IMG/VR virus record: IMGVR_UViG_3300035210_000191
Strand: one strand, 5' to 3'
DNA: 64,000 nucleotides
DNA from: an uncultured virus (IMG/VR IMGVR_UViG_3300035210_000191)
Lineage: Duplodnaviria; Heunggongvirae; Uroviricota; Caudoviricetes
Below the pieces are notes generated by a model, which did not search any database, was not told where the DNA came from, and saw nothing but the letters and a program-made list of their open reading frames with translations. Both the position numbers and the translations under genes were made by a program. Position 1 is the stretch's first letter. Every line of letters starts with the position of its first letter. This document shows positions 40,022 to 50,747 of this stretch, piece by piece.

Positions 40022-41926
40022 ATGAGTAAAGTAATTGGTATTGACTTGGGTACAACAAATTCTTGTGTATCTATATTTGAAAATGGTAAACAAAAAGTAA
40101 TTGAGAACGCAGAAGGAGCAAGAACTACTCCATCTATCGTCTCTTATAGCAAAGAAGGTGAAACTTTGGTTGGGCAACCAGCAAAAAGACAATCTATCAC
40201 CAACCCAACACAAACGTTCCACGCCATCAAACGACTTATTGGTCGTAAATTTGATGAAGAGGCTGTACAAAAAGACATCAAGCTTGTCCCTTACAAAATT
40301 GTAAAGGCTGACAATGGTGATGCATGGGTAGAAGTTAAAGGTAAGAAGACTTCACCACAACAAATCTCAGCCGAAATTTTGATGAAAATGAAGAAAACTG
40401 CAGAAGACTACTTGGGTGAACCAGTAACAGAAGCTGTTATTACTGTGCCTGCTTACTTCAATGATAGTCAAAGACAAGCCACAAAAGATGCGGGTCGTAT
40501 CGCTGGTTTAGATGTTAAACGTATTATTAACGAACCAACAGCGGCTGCATTAGCTTATGGCATGGATAAATTTAAGAAAGATAGCACTATCATAGTTTAT
40601 GACTTGGGTGGTGGTACTTTTGACGTATCCGTTATTGAGATTGCAGGTGTTGATGGGGAATCTCAGTTCGAAGTGCTTGCAACCAATGGTGATACTTTCC
40701 TTGGTGGTGAAGACTTTGACAACTTGCTCATTGAATACATTGTAAGTGAGTTTAAGAAAGAAAGTGGTATTGATATTAAACAAGACCCACTCGCTATGCA
40801 ACGTATCAGAGACGCTGCTGAGAAAGCTAAAATTGAGTTGTCTTCAACACAACAAACTGATGTTAACTTACCTTATGTGACTGCTGATAGTTCTGGACCT
40901 AAGCACTTGAACGTTATTATCACCAGATCTAAGTTTGAAGGTTTAGTTGAAGAGTTAGTGGAAAGAACTATTCTTCCATGCAAAACAGCTCTAAAAGATG
41001 CTGGTATTGAATTGTCAGCGATTGATGAAGTTATCTTGGTTGGTGGTCAGACTCGTATGCCACTTGTGCAAAAACGTGTTGCCGAGTTTTTTGGCAAAGA
41101 ACCACGTAAAGATGTAAACCCTGATGAAGCTGTGGCTATTGGTGCAGCCATTCAAGCAGGTGTTATCACAGGTGCTGTGACTGACGTATTGTTGTTAGAC
41201 GTAACGCCATTGACGTTAGGTATTGAAACAATGGGTGGTGTATTTACTCCATTGATTCCTAAGAACACCACTATTCCAACGAAGAAGACAGAAATGTGTT
41301 CAACAGCGGATGACAATCAAACTGCAGTAACTATTCATGTGTTGCAAGGTGAACGTAAACAAGCGTCTGGTAACAAATCGTTGGGTCGTTTTGACTTAAG
41401 AGACATTGCACCAGCACCAAAAGGTCAACCTCAAATTGAGATTACTTTTGATATTGATGCTAACGGTATTTTGAATGTGTCTGCTAAGGACAAGAATACT
41501 GGTAAGTCTCAATCTGTTGTCATTAAAGCTAACTCTGGTTTGAGTGAAGCTGAGATTCAACAAATGATTAATGACGCTGAAAAGAACAAATCAGATGATG
41601 AGAAGTTTGCTGCATTAGCTGATAGCCGTAACAAGGCTGACCATTTGGTTCACGAAGCTCGTAAAGTGATGAATGAGCCAACCTTGGATAGCACTGATAG
41701 ATTGAATCTTGAAAACGCTATTTCCGATTTAGCTGGTTTGATTAAATCTGGATCTAAGGCAGAACTTGATTCTCGCTATGCCAGCCTTGAAAAAGTGCTT
41801 CACGGTATTACTTCTAAGCAATATCAGCCTGATCAAGCTCAACAGGCACAACAGCAACAAGGTCAAAATCAAGGCACTAGCCAAGATAATGATTATATTG
41901 ACGCTGAGTTTACAGAGCAAAAGTAA
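40022..41926 (+). CDS. dnaK: Hsp70 molecular chaperone DnaK
   Basis: [49 protein letters not shown] linker, C-terminal DAEF; no dnaJ or grpE adjacent; UUCG terminator at 41941-41969. Confidence 0.97.
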   Translation: MSKVIGIDLGTTNSCVSIFENGKQKVIENAEGARTTPSIVSYSKEGETLVGQPAKRQSITNPTQTFHAIKRLIGRKFDEEAVQKDIKLVPYKIVKADNGDAWVEVKGKKTSPQQISAEILMKMKKTAEDYLGEPVTEAVITVPAYFNDSQRQATKDAGRIAGLDVKRIINEPTAAALAYGMDKFKKDSTIIVYDLGGGTFDVSVIEIAGVDGESQFEVLATNGDTFLGGEDFDNLLIEYIVSEFKKESGIDIKQDPLAMQRIRDAAEKAKIELSSTQQTDVNLPYVTADSSGPKHLNVIITRSKFEGLVEELVERTILPCKTALKDAGIELSAIDEVILVGGQTRMPLVQKRVAEFFGKEPRKDVNPDEAVAIGAAIQAGVITGAVTDVLLLDVTPLTLGIETMGGVFTPLIPKNTTIPTKKTEMCSTADDNQTAVTIHVLQGERKQASGNKSLGRFDLRDIAPAPKGQPQIEITFDIDANGILNVSAKDKNTGKSQSVVIKANSGLSEAEIQQMINDAEKNKSDDEKFAALADSRNKADHLVHEARKVMNEPTLDSTDRLNLENAISDLAGLIKSGSKAELDSRYASLEKVLHGITSKQYQPDQAQQAQQQQGQNQGTSQDNDYIDAEFTEQK

Positions 41927-41968
41927 CATCGGTAGAAATGAAAACAGCCTCTTCGGAGGCTGTTTTTT

Positions 41969-43123
41969 TTATATTTTGACCATCTTATATAATTCTAAAT
42001 GATCCAAAGTTAATGGGGCATCATTTTTAATTGTTTCATTAACATGTTGTTTTATTATATTTAAGAAAGCATCATACAAGACAGCTAAATTTTCAGTGTC
42101 AATATAATCGTAATTGTCGATAACTATTTTACAAGTTATTGTTTTTTCATGACCACCAATATCAATTATTAAACAATTTTCAAAATTAAAACTATATATG
42201 GTTATTTTTTTTAAATTATTTAATTTTGTATGATTTACTGGTATATTACTAATATCTATACTTAGTCTAGGGGCTTTATTTGATAATTCACAATAAAATA
42301 TTATTAAATTAATTAACTGTGCCATTTCAGATGACTCTCTGAAATGTGATTTCATTATTTTATCATATAACATAAGAGCAATTTTTTTATTTTCCTTCGA
42401 GTTCAATGAAATATTTAATGAGTCAGTTTCTTTATTAGTGATAAAAAAATCTTCATTGATATTTTTATTTATGTATTTAACAAGATCTTCTGCATTAAAA
42501 TATTCAAAGTTCAGTTGAGAAAACTGTTCAGTTATAATATCAAAAATACTCTTATTTTTGAAGGTTATTACTTCTGGATGGTTTTCTTTGTAATGATCTA
42601 ACCCAACCTCTTTTAACATTGCTAATTTCAATTCATCTATCATTTTTCCTAAATTTATATTGATGTTATTGTTATTATGTTCATTTGAGGCAAGTATGTA
42701 ATTTCCTTTTTTACAACATCTGATGCGAATTTCAATATAATCGTTTGTTAATTTAAAGAACAACCCAATTTCAGGCCAGATCATTTCAATTTCATCAACA
42801 AATGAGATATTTATATTTCTAACAAAATTTATTTGATTAATTGTTATTTCTTGATCATATCCGTATAACATTAAATTACAAAATGTCTTAAACTCTTTTA
42901 ATTTAAGTTTTGACTGGGGGTTCAGGTCTAAGATATCTTCTATATAAGTGATATTGTCATGTTTTATCAACATTATTTCATCATATCGAGAAACTTTGTC
43001 ATAAAAATAAGCTTTATTTTTTTCATAGACTTGTGATATATTTATACAGATATTTTTTATATTTTTACATCTTATATAATTATCTATATTATCTGCTATT
43101 TTTTCTTCAATATCTTTAATCAT
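41969..43123 (-). CDS. Very AT-rich hypothetical protein, paralog of 43120-44250, C-terminal MxxI motif
   Basis: Shares IKH..I.Y..DIL...K.K..EFK.FC..LYG and TFKNKS with its neighbour; ends LYKMVKI. Confidence 0.75.
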   Translation of the reverse strand: MIKDIEEKIADNIDNYIRCKNIKNICINISQVYEKNKAYFYDKVSRYDEIMLIKHDNITYIEDILDLNPQSKLKLKEFKTFCNLMLYGYDQEITINQINFVRNINISFVDEIEMIWPEIGLFFKLTNDYIEIRIRCCKKGNYILASNEHNNNNININLGKMIDELKLAMLKEVGLDHYKENHPEVITFKNKSIFDIITEQFSQLNFEYFNAEDLVKYINKNINEDFFITNKETDSLNISLNSKENKKIALMLYDKIMKSHFRESSEMAQLINLIIFYCELSNKAPRLSIDISNIPVNHTKLNNLKKITIYSFNFENCLIIDIGGHEKTITCKIVIDNYDYIDTENLAVLYDAFLNIIKQHVNETIKNDAPLTLDHLELYKMVKI

Positions 43124-44250
43124 ATATTAATCATCTCATAAACTTTTAAGTGATTTAATGTAATAGTATTGTTACCATTCATAAGCGTTTTATTAATATC
43201 TTCACGAATACTTTCCAGTAAGTAAATATAAACATCGTTAAGAGTCTCTGATGTTTTTTCGTATTTCTCATCTTTCAATGGTGATTTATAAGTAAAAGTA
43301 TGTTTATCTTTACCAATAAACAATTCCAATAGTTTATCAAAACAGTAGACATAAAAAATGCCATCTAGTTTTTGTAATTTATTTACTTTACCTTCAACAT
43401 TAGAATAGTCAAAGTATATTGTAGGCGATTGATTTTTTATTTTAAAATAAAACATCATTAAACTCATTAATTGTCTCATTAAGTGTCGTTCGTTGTTTGA
43501 TTTTATTAATTCATCGAAGATGGTTAGAACTTTTTTTTCATGATCATCTTTAAAAGTAAATATGCCAACTTTAACAAAATCACTTGTTAATTTCTTGTTA
43601 ACAATTTCAACCAATTCTTCTTGGCTTTTATAATTGTATTTTTTAGTTGAAAACTTTTCATTGGCAACTTCTATCGTACTTTTGTTCTTGAATGTTTTAA
43701 ACTCTTCTGTATATTCCGCATTTAATGCATAGCCTGCTTTTGATATGAGAATGCCTTTCATTTCATCAAGCATATCTTGAAGATAATTATTTATATTATT
43801 GCAATTATAGTTTCTTGTTTTCCATCTAAGGTTCCCATTATTCACAGATAACATAACATTGTCTTCATAGCATTCAATCCATATACCGGATTCATTCCAT
43901 TGGCATTTAACAGATATGATTTCTTTTGTTGTTGGCGAATATTCAAGCAATATCATATGGGTGTTGGTTTTGTTATTATTTCCGTAGAGCAATTGTGTAC
44001 AGAAAGATTTAAATTCTTCAAACTTTACTTTAAGTGCTTTATTAGAAAATAAAATATCATCTAAGTAATTAATGTCAGTGTGCTTAATTACTAAATAGTC
44101 AACATGATTTACGTCCATATAAAATCTCATGAAAAAATTATCGACATTTTCTGGTATCTTTTGATAGCTGTTATATCTATTTTCAATTTTTTTAGAATCA
44201 ATATAACTATCAATAGAGTTAAGTATTTTATTGGTGATTTTAGTAATCAT
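43120..44250 (-). CDS. Very AT-rich hypothetical protein, paralog of 41969-43123, C-terminal MxxI motif
   Basis: ATGA stop/start overlap with its paralog; ends VYEMINI. Confidence 0.75.
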   Translation of the reverse strand: MITKITNKILNSIDSYIDSKKIENRYNSYQKIPENVDNFFMRFYMDVNHVDYLVIKHTDINYLDDILFSNKALKVKFEEFKSFCTQLLYGNNNKTNTHMILLEYSPTTKEIISVKCQWNESGIWIECYEDNVMLSVNNGNLRWKTRNYNCNNINNYLQDMLDEMKGILISKAGYALNAEYTEEFKTFKNKSTIEVANEKFSTKKYNYKSQEELVEIVNKKLTSDFVKVGIFTFKDDHEKKVLTIFDELIKSNNERHLMRQLMSLMMFYFKIKNQSPTIYFDYSNVEGKVNKLQKLDGIFYVYCFDKLLELFIGKDKHTFTYKSPLKDEKYEKTSETLNDVYIYLLESIREDINKTLMNGNNTITLNHLKVYEMINI

Positions 44251-44376
44251 ATGAAATTTCCTAATGAATAAATTGATTTTTATTGTAACATAAATTATTG
44301 ATATATTCTATTGAACAAATATAAAATTAAAAAAACAAAAAAGACACCTGCGTGCCTTTTTATTTTTTGTTAAATT

Positions 44377-44943
44377 TTACAATTTTGCAAGGTTTTCATT
44401 GTAATATTTATCAACGCCTGTGACTTCTTCACCAGCCCATTCAGGGATAGGAATAACATCACCGGGATTTTCATATTCAACTTCTGCAATTGGTTCTAGA
44501 TGAGCATGTTTACCAGTAAATACGTCAACTTCATACACATAGTCACCTACTTTTACATAACTACGAATTTTTGTAATGAAGCTGGTGCAAACCGGAATGA
44601 TAGCTTCAAACTCTTCTTTTGACAAACTAGGCTCAACCTCAACCTTGCTATCGACAATGCCAATATCAATTTTAAGTGTAATCATGTATTTACCCGATTT
44701 GTTTCTGATGCGTAATACTTTCTTTGGCTTATCCAAATGCTCGATGAGCAATTCAGTGTCTTTTGGTTCAATAGGTTTACGAAGTGTCATAAACCCAAAG
44801 TCGAGGATAAGCCAGTTAGGTTTGACAGAGATTTTAACTTTGCTCAAATCAATATAGCCTTGATGAATATCATCTTTGTTAGAGACACCTTTTTTCCAGT
44901 TATCATTCTTTAATAAGAACTTTCTTTCGTTTTCAAAAGCCAT
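44377..44943 (-). CDS. CYTH-domain protein (triphosphate tunnel metalloenzyme)
   Basis: ENERKFL (ExExK), I.QGY, LRIR, K.R, EVDVF, AEVE, PEW.GEEVT...YYN.NL; AGGAG SD. Confidence 0.88.
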   Translation of the reverse strand: MAFENERKFLLKNDNWKKGVSNKDDIHQGYIDLSKVKISVKPNWLILDFGFMTLRKPIEPKDTELLIEHLDKPKKVLRIRNKSGKYMITLKIDIGIVDSKVEVEPSLSKEEFEAIIPVCTSFITKIRSYVKVGDYVYEVDVFTGKHAHLEPIAEVEYENPGDVIPIPEWAGEEVTGVDKYYNENLAKL

Positions 44944-45003
44944 AAAATATCTCCTAATTGGTATACTTCTATTATAACCTATCCACAAAAATTAAACAAG
45001 AAA

Positions 45004-45603
45004 TCATTTTCCAATTAAATCTTTATACACATCTTTGTGTTCAATAGACATCTTATTAAGTATTTCTGAACGATTTTTACTGACTTGCTCAGTGAATTTT
45101 GGAGCTGTAAATGTTAACAAAATAGCTGATTCCTTACTGTCCTTAATATATTGAGTTTGATAATTATCTAGGGTAATAAAAACATTCATTTTTTCGAAAT
45201 ATCGAACTTTCTTGTTAAGCTTATCAGTGGTCATTACAAAACCATTTGCTGTTAAACTGTCCGCTATGCCTGTCGCAATGGCAAGTTTTTCATACTGATC
45301 TTCAATTGACCATCTTGGCTTATCATAAGAACCAATTCGAACTTCAACTGAATAAAGAATGTTGTTAAAGATAGTGTACCTGTAATCTAAATTAGAATTA
45401 AGTTCTTGGTAATCAATAGTTTTAACTACCTTATCTGCGGTTTTTTCTTGTTGATTTAGGTTTAAAATCCACTCTGGTGCTGGCCCGCCTATGTAGGGCA
45501 TGAAATCATACATAACTTTTGGATTGATATTTTCGACATCACTCGCTGACGACATCAGTGGCATGAGTAATAGCAGGGTGATCAAATATTTTTTAATGTT
45601 CAT
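45004..45603 (-). CDS. Exported hypothetical protein
   Basis: Signal peptide MNIKKYLITLLLLMPLMSSA; GGAG SD. Confidence 0.7.
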   Translation of the reverse strand: MNIKKYLITLLLLMPLMSSASDVENINPKVMYDFMPYIGGPAPEWILNLNQQEKTADKVVKTIDYQELNSNLDYRYTIFNNILYSVEVRIGSYDKPRWSIEDQYEKLAIATGIADSLTANGFVMTTDKLNKKVRYFEKMNVFITLDNYQTQYIKDSKESAILLTFTAPKFTEQVSKNRSEILNKMSIEHKDVYKDLIGK

Positions 45604-45619
45604 TTCTTTACTTCTCCTT

Positions 45620-46447
45620 TTAATTTACGATTCGAGTGCGGATTGCTTTTGGATAATCCAGTAGTTTTTTGTTCAACTGCATGGACAGTGTTAATTTTTT
45701 AGACTGCAAAGTTTCCTCAGCCTTCTTTTTAGCCTTTTCTTTCACAGCCACATCTTCTTTCTTATTGAGCAATACTTTCTTGTTGGTCAATACTTTATCT
45801 AAACGTGCAAGACGTTCTAACAACGCTTCGCGTTCTTTATAAGCTTCGGAAGCTTTCAATGCTGCATCCACATTAGCCGTAGCAGTTGAATGTGATTCAC
45901 GAGTGATCTTCGCAACATCTTCTGCATCTTTAATATCAAGCTCAGCAGTTTTTTCAGCCACAAATTGTTTGATTTTTTCACTTGCCTTTTCGATATCAGC
46001 AGCCAAACTAAATGTCGTTTGCAAGAACGCTTCGCTGAATAAATTGATGATTTCGTCGTAGCTTTTGTTTTCAATCATTGTTAGCTTTTTATTTAATGCA
46101 TTCAATGATTCTTTGAATTTTTCAAGTGGCATAGGTTCACCGTAACGAGTTTGATCCAACTCATCACCAAATTTAACAGAACCACAGACCAATTGTTCTT
46201 CTTGTGCTTTATCCATGTAAGTAAAGGTCAAAGCAAATGAGAAACCTTTATTTTCTAAGCATTCGAAGATCATGATGAAATCACATTCCACGCCTTTGGT
46301 TTCGTATTTGTCACCGCGTGCAAAAACCCACGGAATTCTTCTGGATTCTGCTTTGTTTAAGGTGAACTCATGAGAATGTCCACGAACTTGTGAACGCAAG
46401 TTATCAATGGCTGTTTTATAACGCTTCATTGGAGTAAGATCTTTCAT
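45620..46447 (-). CDS. Hypothetical protein with C-terminal coiled coil
   Basis: GAGG SD; Ala/Lys/Glu-rich C-terminal half. Confidence 0.7.
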   Translation of the reverse strand: MKDLTPMKRYKTAIDNLRSQVRGHSHEFTLNKAESRRIPWVFARGDKYETKGVECDFIMIFECLENKGFSFALTFTYMDKAQEEQLVCGSVKFGDELDQTRYGEPMPLEKFKESLNALNKKLTMIENKSYDEIINLFSEAFLQTTFSLAADIEKASEKIKQFVAEKTAELDIKDAEDVAKITRESHSTATANVDAALKASEAYKEREALLERLARLDKVLTNKKVLLNKKEDVAVKEKAKKKAEETLQSKKLTLSMQLNKKLLDYPKAIRTRIVN

Positions 46448-46643
46448 GGTCAACCTCTTCGTTTAATTTGCATTATTGTATCATCTTTTTCACCATTTTG
46501 GAATATCTTTTTTCACTTTTACTGTTTTTATAAGAAAATAAAACAAAATGTATTGATAGATTGTTGAAATATATTTATTAAACGCTATTTTTTAAATTTT
46601 TAAAACTGCTAAGATGGTAGTACAAACAATTAAAGATAATCAT

Positions 46644-47585
46644 ATGAAAAAAAGTATATTGACATTAATGATTGCTTCCACATTTGGTATTTCAATAGCT
46701 GATTATCGCATAGCTATGCCAATGGAAGTGCAAAATGGTGGAGGATTACAAAATGGCAGCATTTCTTTTACGGGTGGTACACCACCTGTTGAAGAACCAG
46801 AAGTTCCTGTCACGCCACCAGCAGCTAAAGATGAATGTATGCCATTAAATGTTGGTGTATATGTCTGGCGTGTGAACAAAAACACTGGTGCAGGAACTGT
46901 TATTTGGAATGGAACTACAGTTGGATCGATTGTAGCAGGTAGTTCTTCTCTTTCAGGGGCTAATGGAATTGTTTACACTCGAAATGAATCAAGTGCCGCT
47001 GTTCCGCAAGGCCCACAAAACTTACAATCTGGTGTATGTAGAAATATACCCGGAAACTTCAACGGTGGTTCATGGGTCAGCATTGCTCCTGTTGTGACGG
47101 CATGGACAAACTCAGGATCAGCCTATAATTGCACATGGACACCTGATTCAAACAATTATCTACCAAGTCAGTCAGTAGACCAAACAGGTATTAATTGTAA
47201 ACAAAAACAGGTAAGCACATCACAAGCAAGAGAGCAGAACGATTCGACATTAGATATTAGAAATGTTGGTTCACCTACTAATCTAAATAGAGATATTGAT
47301 AGCGATGAAAACCCGACAAGAACAATTGCAGGTACAGATATGACCACAGCACCAGAAACTTGTGGCTATGATAGATTAAGTGGTTGGTATTGGGCTGTTA
47401 GTATTACTGAAAACCAAACATCTTATGTTTCATGGAAAGGCACACAAGTGTTCGATTATCAAAATTCTCCACAAGTTGGTAATGCAACACAAATTACTGT
47501 TGCTGGCATAACATATAAGCGATCTACATTCCAAGATGGTGATTCAAACACCAGTAACTATGCACTTTGTCGTGTCAATAAATAA
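46644..47585 (+). CDS. Secreted Cys-containing beta-rich protein, paralog 1 of 3 (adhesin-like)
   Basis: Signal peptide; YRIAMPMEVQNGGGLQNGSISF; Pro-rich linker; two C...W.V...W.G...YxR...[VL]CR modules. Confidence 0.75.
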   Translation: MKKSILTLMIASTFGISIADYRIAMPMEVQNGGGLQNGSISFTGGTPPVEEPEVPVTPPAAKDECMPLNVGVYVWRVNKNTGAGTVIWNGTTVGSIVAGSSSLSGANGIVYTRNESSAAVPQGPQNLQSGVCRNIPGNFNGGSWVSIAPVVTAWTNSGSAYNCTWTPDSNNYLPSQSVDQTGINCKQKQVSTSQAREQNDSTLDIRNVGSPTNLNRDIDSDENPTRTIAGTDMTTAPETCGYDRLSGWYWAVSITENQTSYVSWKGTQVFDYQNSPQVGNATQITVAGITYKRSTFQDGDSNTSNYALCRVNK

Positions 47586-47783
47586 TAACAATTATAGTTT
47601 AAAAACTTAACTTCGGTTAAGTTTTTTTATTAAAAAAATAACTAATTCTAATAAATTTATAATTTATATTTATGATTTTTTTTAAAACAAAATAATCATA
47701 TAAAAATATTTATAATAATATATTTGATTATTAAAAAAAAATGATACTATAATGATATACAAACAATTAAAAGATGTATCAAA

Positions 47784-48770
47784 ATGAAAAAAAATATAAT
47801 AACACTATTGATAGCATCTACCTTTGGTATTTCTGCTGCCGATTATAAAATAGAAATACCTATGGAAGTTTCAAATGGTGGAGCACTTCAAAATGGAAGT
47901 ATTTCTTTCAAAACCAATACTGTGGTGACACCACCAGTTGTAACACCACCTGTCACACCTCCCGTGACTCCACCAATAGTTCCACCACCAGAAGCAATTG
48001 ATGAGTGTATGCCATTAACGATTGGTTCTTATGTTTGGCGTGTGAATAAAAATACAGGAGCTGGTTCTGTTATTTGGAATGGCAATACAGTAGGAACGAT
48101 TGCAGCCGGTGCATCTTCTATGTCAGGAGCCAATGGCATTGTGTATACTAGAAATACATCAAGTGCAGCAGTTCCTCAAGGCCCACAAAATTTACAATCT
48201 GGTGTATGTAGAAATATACCAGCAGACTTCAATGGTGGTGCATGGATCAGTATTGCTCCTACCCTTTCTGCTTGGGTTGATAAAGGTGCCGCTTATAATT
48301 GTACATGGACGCCTGATCCTAGTGGTTTTTTTACAACACAAAGCGTTGAGCAACATGGCTCAGATTGTAGTCAAGATCAAGAAAGGACTTCACAAACAAG
48401 AGAACAAAACGATTCTACTTTTGCTATTCGAAATGTAGGCACAGCCTCAATACTAACTCAGACCATTCCAAGTCAGGCTTATCCATCGAGAACAGTTTCA
48501 GGTACTGAAATTGCTTCATCAGGCGAAACTTGTATTAATGAGGCATATAGTTCAACTTCATGGAATGTTGATAAAACAAATAATGATAATGTTTATAATA
48601 TTTCTTGGAAGGGTGGTAATATATCAATTAATGAAAACTTAGGTAGTATAACTACATTTACTTATCAAGGTGTTGTTTATAAAAGAGGTGCATTTCTTAA
48701 TGACCTTGTAACAGGTGTAGAGGATACTGTGTATGCCAAAAGTTATGGCGTTTGTCGCGTAGTTAATTAA
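47784..48770 (+). CDS. Secreted Cys-containing beta-rich protein, paralog 2 of 3
   Basis: First module nearly identical to paralog 1 (DECMPL...VPQGPQNLQSGVCRNIP); (V)TPP(V) repeats; divergent last module. Confidence 0.75.
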   Translation: MKKNIITLLIASTFGISAADYKIEIPMEVSNGGALQNGSISFKTNTVVTPPVVTPPVTPPVTPPIVPPPEAIDECMPLTIGSYVWRVNKNTGAGSVIWNGNTVGTIAAGASSMSGANGIVYTRNTSSAAVPQGPQNLQSGVCRNIPADFNGGAWISIAPTLSAWVDKGAAYNCTWTPDPSGFFTTQSVEQHGSDCSQDQERTSQTREQNDSTFAIRNVGTASILTQTIPSQAYPSRTVSGTEIASSGETCINEAYSSTSWNVDKTNNDNVYNISWKGGNISINENLGSITTFTYQGVVYKRGAFLNDLVTGVEDTVYAKSYGVCRVVN

Positions 48771-48953
48771 ATTAAAAAACTTTAAAAAGGCTTAACTTCT
48801 GTTAAGTTTTTTTTATTTTAATAGATATAATTATTTATATTTTTAAAATCCGACAAACGTTCATTAAATAGTCTTATTTATTATTGGTTGTCTATATATT
48901 ATTTTCAAAAATATGCTAATATTTTAATATTAACTAACTCATTTGAGACAACT

Positions 48954-49358
48954 ATGAAAAAAATAGCTTTGATAATAATCACCACAAGTTTTTTTTCTTT
49001 AACGCAAGCTGAATATATTTTAACATCTCCACTTACTGGACCAAAAGGTATTATGGATGATAGCTCTATTATTATGAGAGCAGCCCCTATTGAAACCGTT
49101 CCAGATGCCGCCCCTGTTGCAGATACTTGCGAGTATGATCGTTTAAACGGCCTTTACTGGATGGTTGTTACTAATGAGGGGCCAAGACAAGTCGCTCATG
49201 TAAGTTGGAATGGAACAACGCTTTATGATTATAATGATCAAGCCCATATCAATGATGCTACAGAAGTGACCTTTAATGGCATTACCTATAAGCGTGGTGA
49301 ACAGAAAATGGTTGATTACTATTCTGTGACTTATGGCGTTTGTCGTGTCAACAGTTAA
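48954..49358 (+). CDS. Secreted single-module paralog 3 of 3
   Basis: Signal peptide; TCEYDRLNGLYW...YKRG...YGVCRVN, closest to the last module of paralog 1. Confidence 0.7.
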   Translation: MKKIALIIITTSFFSLTQAEYILTSPLTGPKGIMDDSSIIMRAAPIETVPDAAPVADTCEYDRLNGLYWMVVTNEGPRQVAHVSWNGTTLYDYNDQAHINDATEVTFNGITYKRGEQKMVDYYSVTYGVCRVNS

Positions 49359-49480
49359 GTTCTAGATAATAACAAAAGACCTAACATCTGTTGGGTCTTT
49401 TTTTGTCTTGAATTATATTATTTTATTGGTTTTTATACATAAATTATGCTATAATATCAGCATTAAATTGAGGTTAATAA

Positions 49481-50431
49481 GTGATTATGCTTACGATTGA
49501 AGAAATTAAAAATTACTTAAATATGCCAGAACTCCCTATTGCCCATACTAATAGTGAGCGGAATTTTTATGTTAAAAAAATATATGATGATTATTATTGT
49601 TCAAATCACGATCAATCTATCATTATTCGAGCCTTTGACGATTTTGAACCCATTAGTGTTTCAACGTCTCGCTATTTTACTGTATACCTTAATGATGTTG
49701 TCATTTTGACGTATGCGGGCGATCACTCTTATAATTCAGATGTCTTCAAGATTTTTGATGGATTACCCTTTATGACATTAATACCAGAACATTTTGATTT
49801 TTTCGTTAATGAAGTCAATACAAAAGGTCAAGATTGCATTGTATATTTTGATCGAATGTCTGAAAAATCTATTGACTATGAAGGTGATCAAAATATCTCC
49901 ATTCTTTATGTATCGTTGAAGGAAAAAAAATATAAGGATAAATCTTTTTACAAAATTGTGAAGGGTGAACTGTTGCACTCGTATGGCTTTTACACCAATC
50001 AATATTTTGGCAATAATGAATATAAGAAATATTTTAATAAAATAGCTTATCTGAAACAATATTATCAGTTATACACACTTATGATTTATCAATCTATTGA
50101 TGCTCAGAACGTTCGCTTTCTACTCAATAATTATGATTTTGAAATCATACTGAACAATTCAGCAAATAATACTCAATTGTTTACTGAACCTAACCATTCG
50201 GTAGCTTATCAATATGAAAAAAATAAACGTCACTCTGCTATTTCTGTTGACACCACAGGTGCTACTGATTGTATTGAAGCGTTGATGGATCAATTGATTA
50301 ATATTTTATTCAAAGAATACCCATGTGCTGAATTCTCCCAGTTTTTGTCAGAAGCAGGGCGTTATCATTCATCGTTGACGGATCACGAATTTGATGACTA
50401 TATCCAATTATTCAGGATGAGCACTATCTAA
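49481..50431 (+). CDS. Hypothetical protein with C-terminal MxxI motif
   Basis: GAGG SD, TGCTATAAT; ends QLFRMSTI. Confidence 0.7.
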   Translation: MIMLTIEEIKNYLNMPELPIAHTNSERNFYVKKIYDDYYCSNHDQSIIIRAFDDFEPISVSTSRYFTVYLNDVVILTYAGDHSYNSDVFKIFDGLPFMTLIPEHFDFFVNEVNTKGQDCIVYFDRMSEKSIDYEGDQNISILYVSLKEKKYKDKSFYKIVKGELLHSYGFYTNQYFGNNEYKKYFNKIAYLKQYYQLYTLMIYQSIDAQNVRFLLNNYDFEIILNNSANNTQLFTEPNHSVAYQYEKNKRHSAISVDTTGATDCIEALMDQLINILFKEYPCAEFSQFLSEAGRYHSSLTDHEFDDYIQLFRMSTI

Positions 50432-50458
50432 TGGTTCTCATACATTAATTGAAGGCGT

Positions 50459-50638
50459 AAAAAAAGACCTAACATCACTGATAGGTCTTTAAGTTTAAGG
50501 GAAGCGATCAGGTATATCAGCCAATAGAGTTAGAAGGAACCGTGATCATAGCCTTGAATAAGTAGATATGGAAAGCGAATAGGTAAATCGTCATTTAAAA
50601 GAATGTTTAGAAGGAACCTGCTTCATAGCCTTATCTAA
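50459..50638 (-). ncRNA. Putative structured ncRNA locus A: two tandem hairpin units plus terminator
   Basis: No ORF in the track. Units 50564-50636 and 50495-50557 each contain (RNA sense) AGGCUA-N7-GGUUCCUUCUAA...ACC...UUCC. Upstream promoter; terminator hairpin 50463-50490 followed by a U-tract. Confidence 0.7.
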
Positions 50639-50643
50639 GTACA

Positions 50644-50671
50644 ATATTAGCATATTATTTTTAAAAGTCAA
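50644..50671 (-). promoter_or_regulatory. Sigma70-type promoter for ncRNA locus A
   Basis: Minus strand TTGACT(50671-50666)-16 nt-TAATAT(50649-50644) with extended -10 TG. Confidence 0.65.
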
Positions 50672-50747
50672 TACTTTTGTTTGTTTTTTCTTTTAAATTA
50701 TGCTAAAATTATTTTTATTAAAAAAACTTAATTGAAGGATTACTATT

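Noticed and set aside
47920..47990. Short tandem repeats (GTnACnCCnCCn)
   Set aside because: They encode the VTPP Pro-rich linker of a secreted protein, with synonymous variation; not a separate DNA element.
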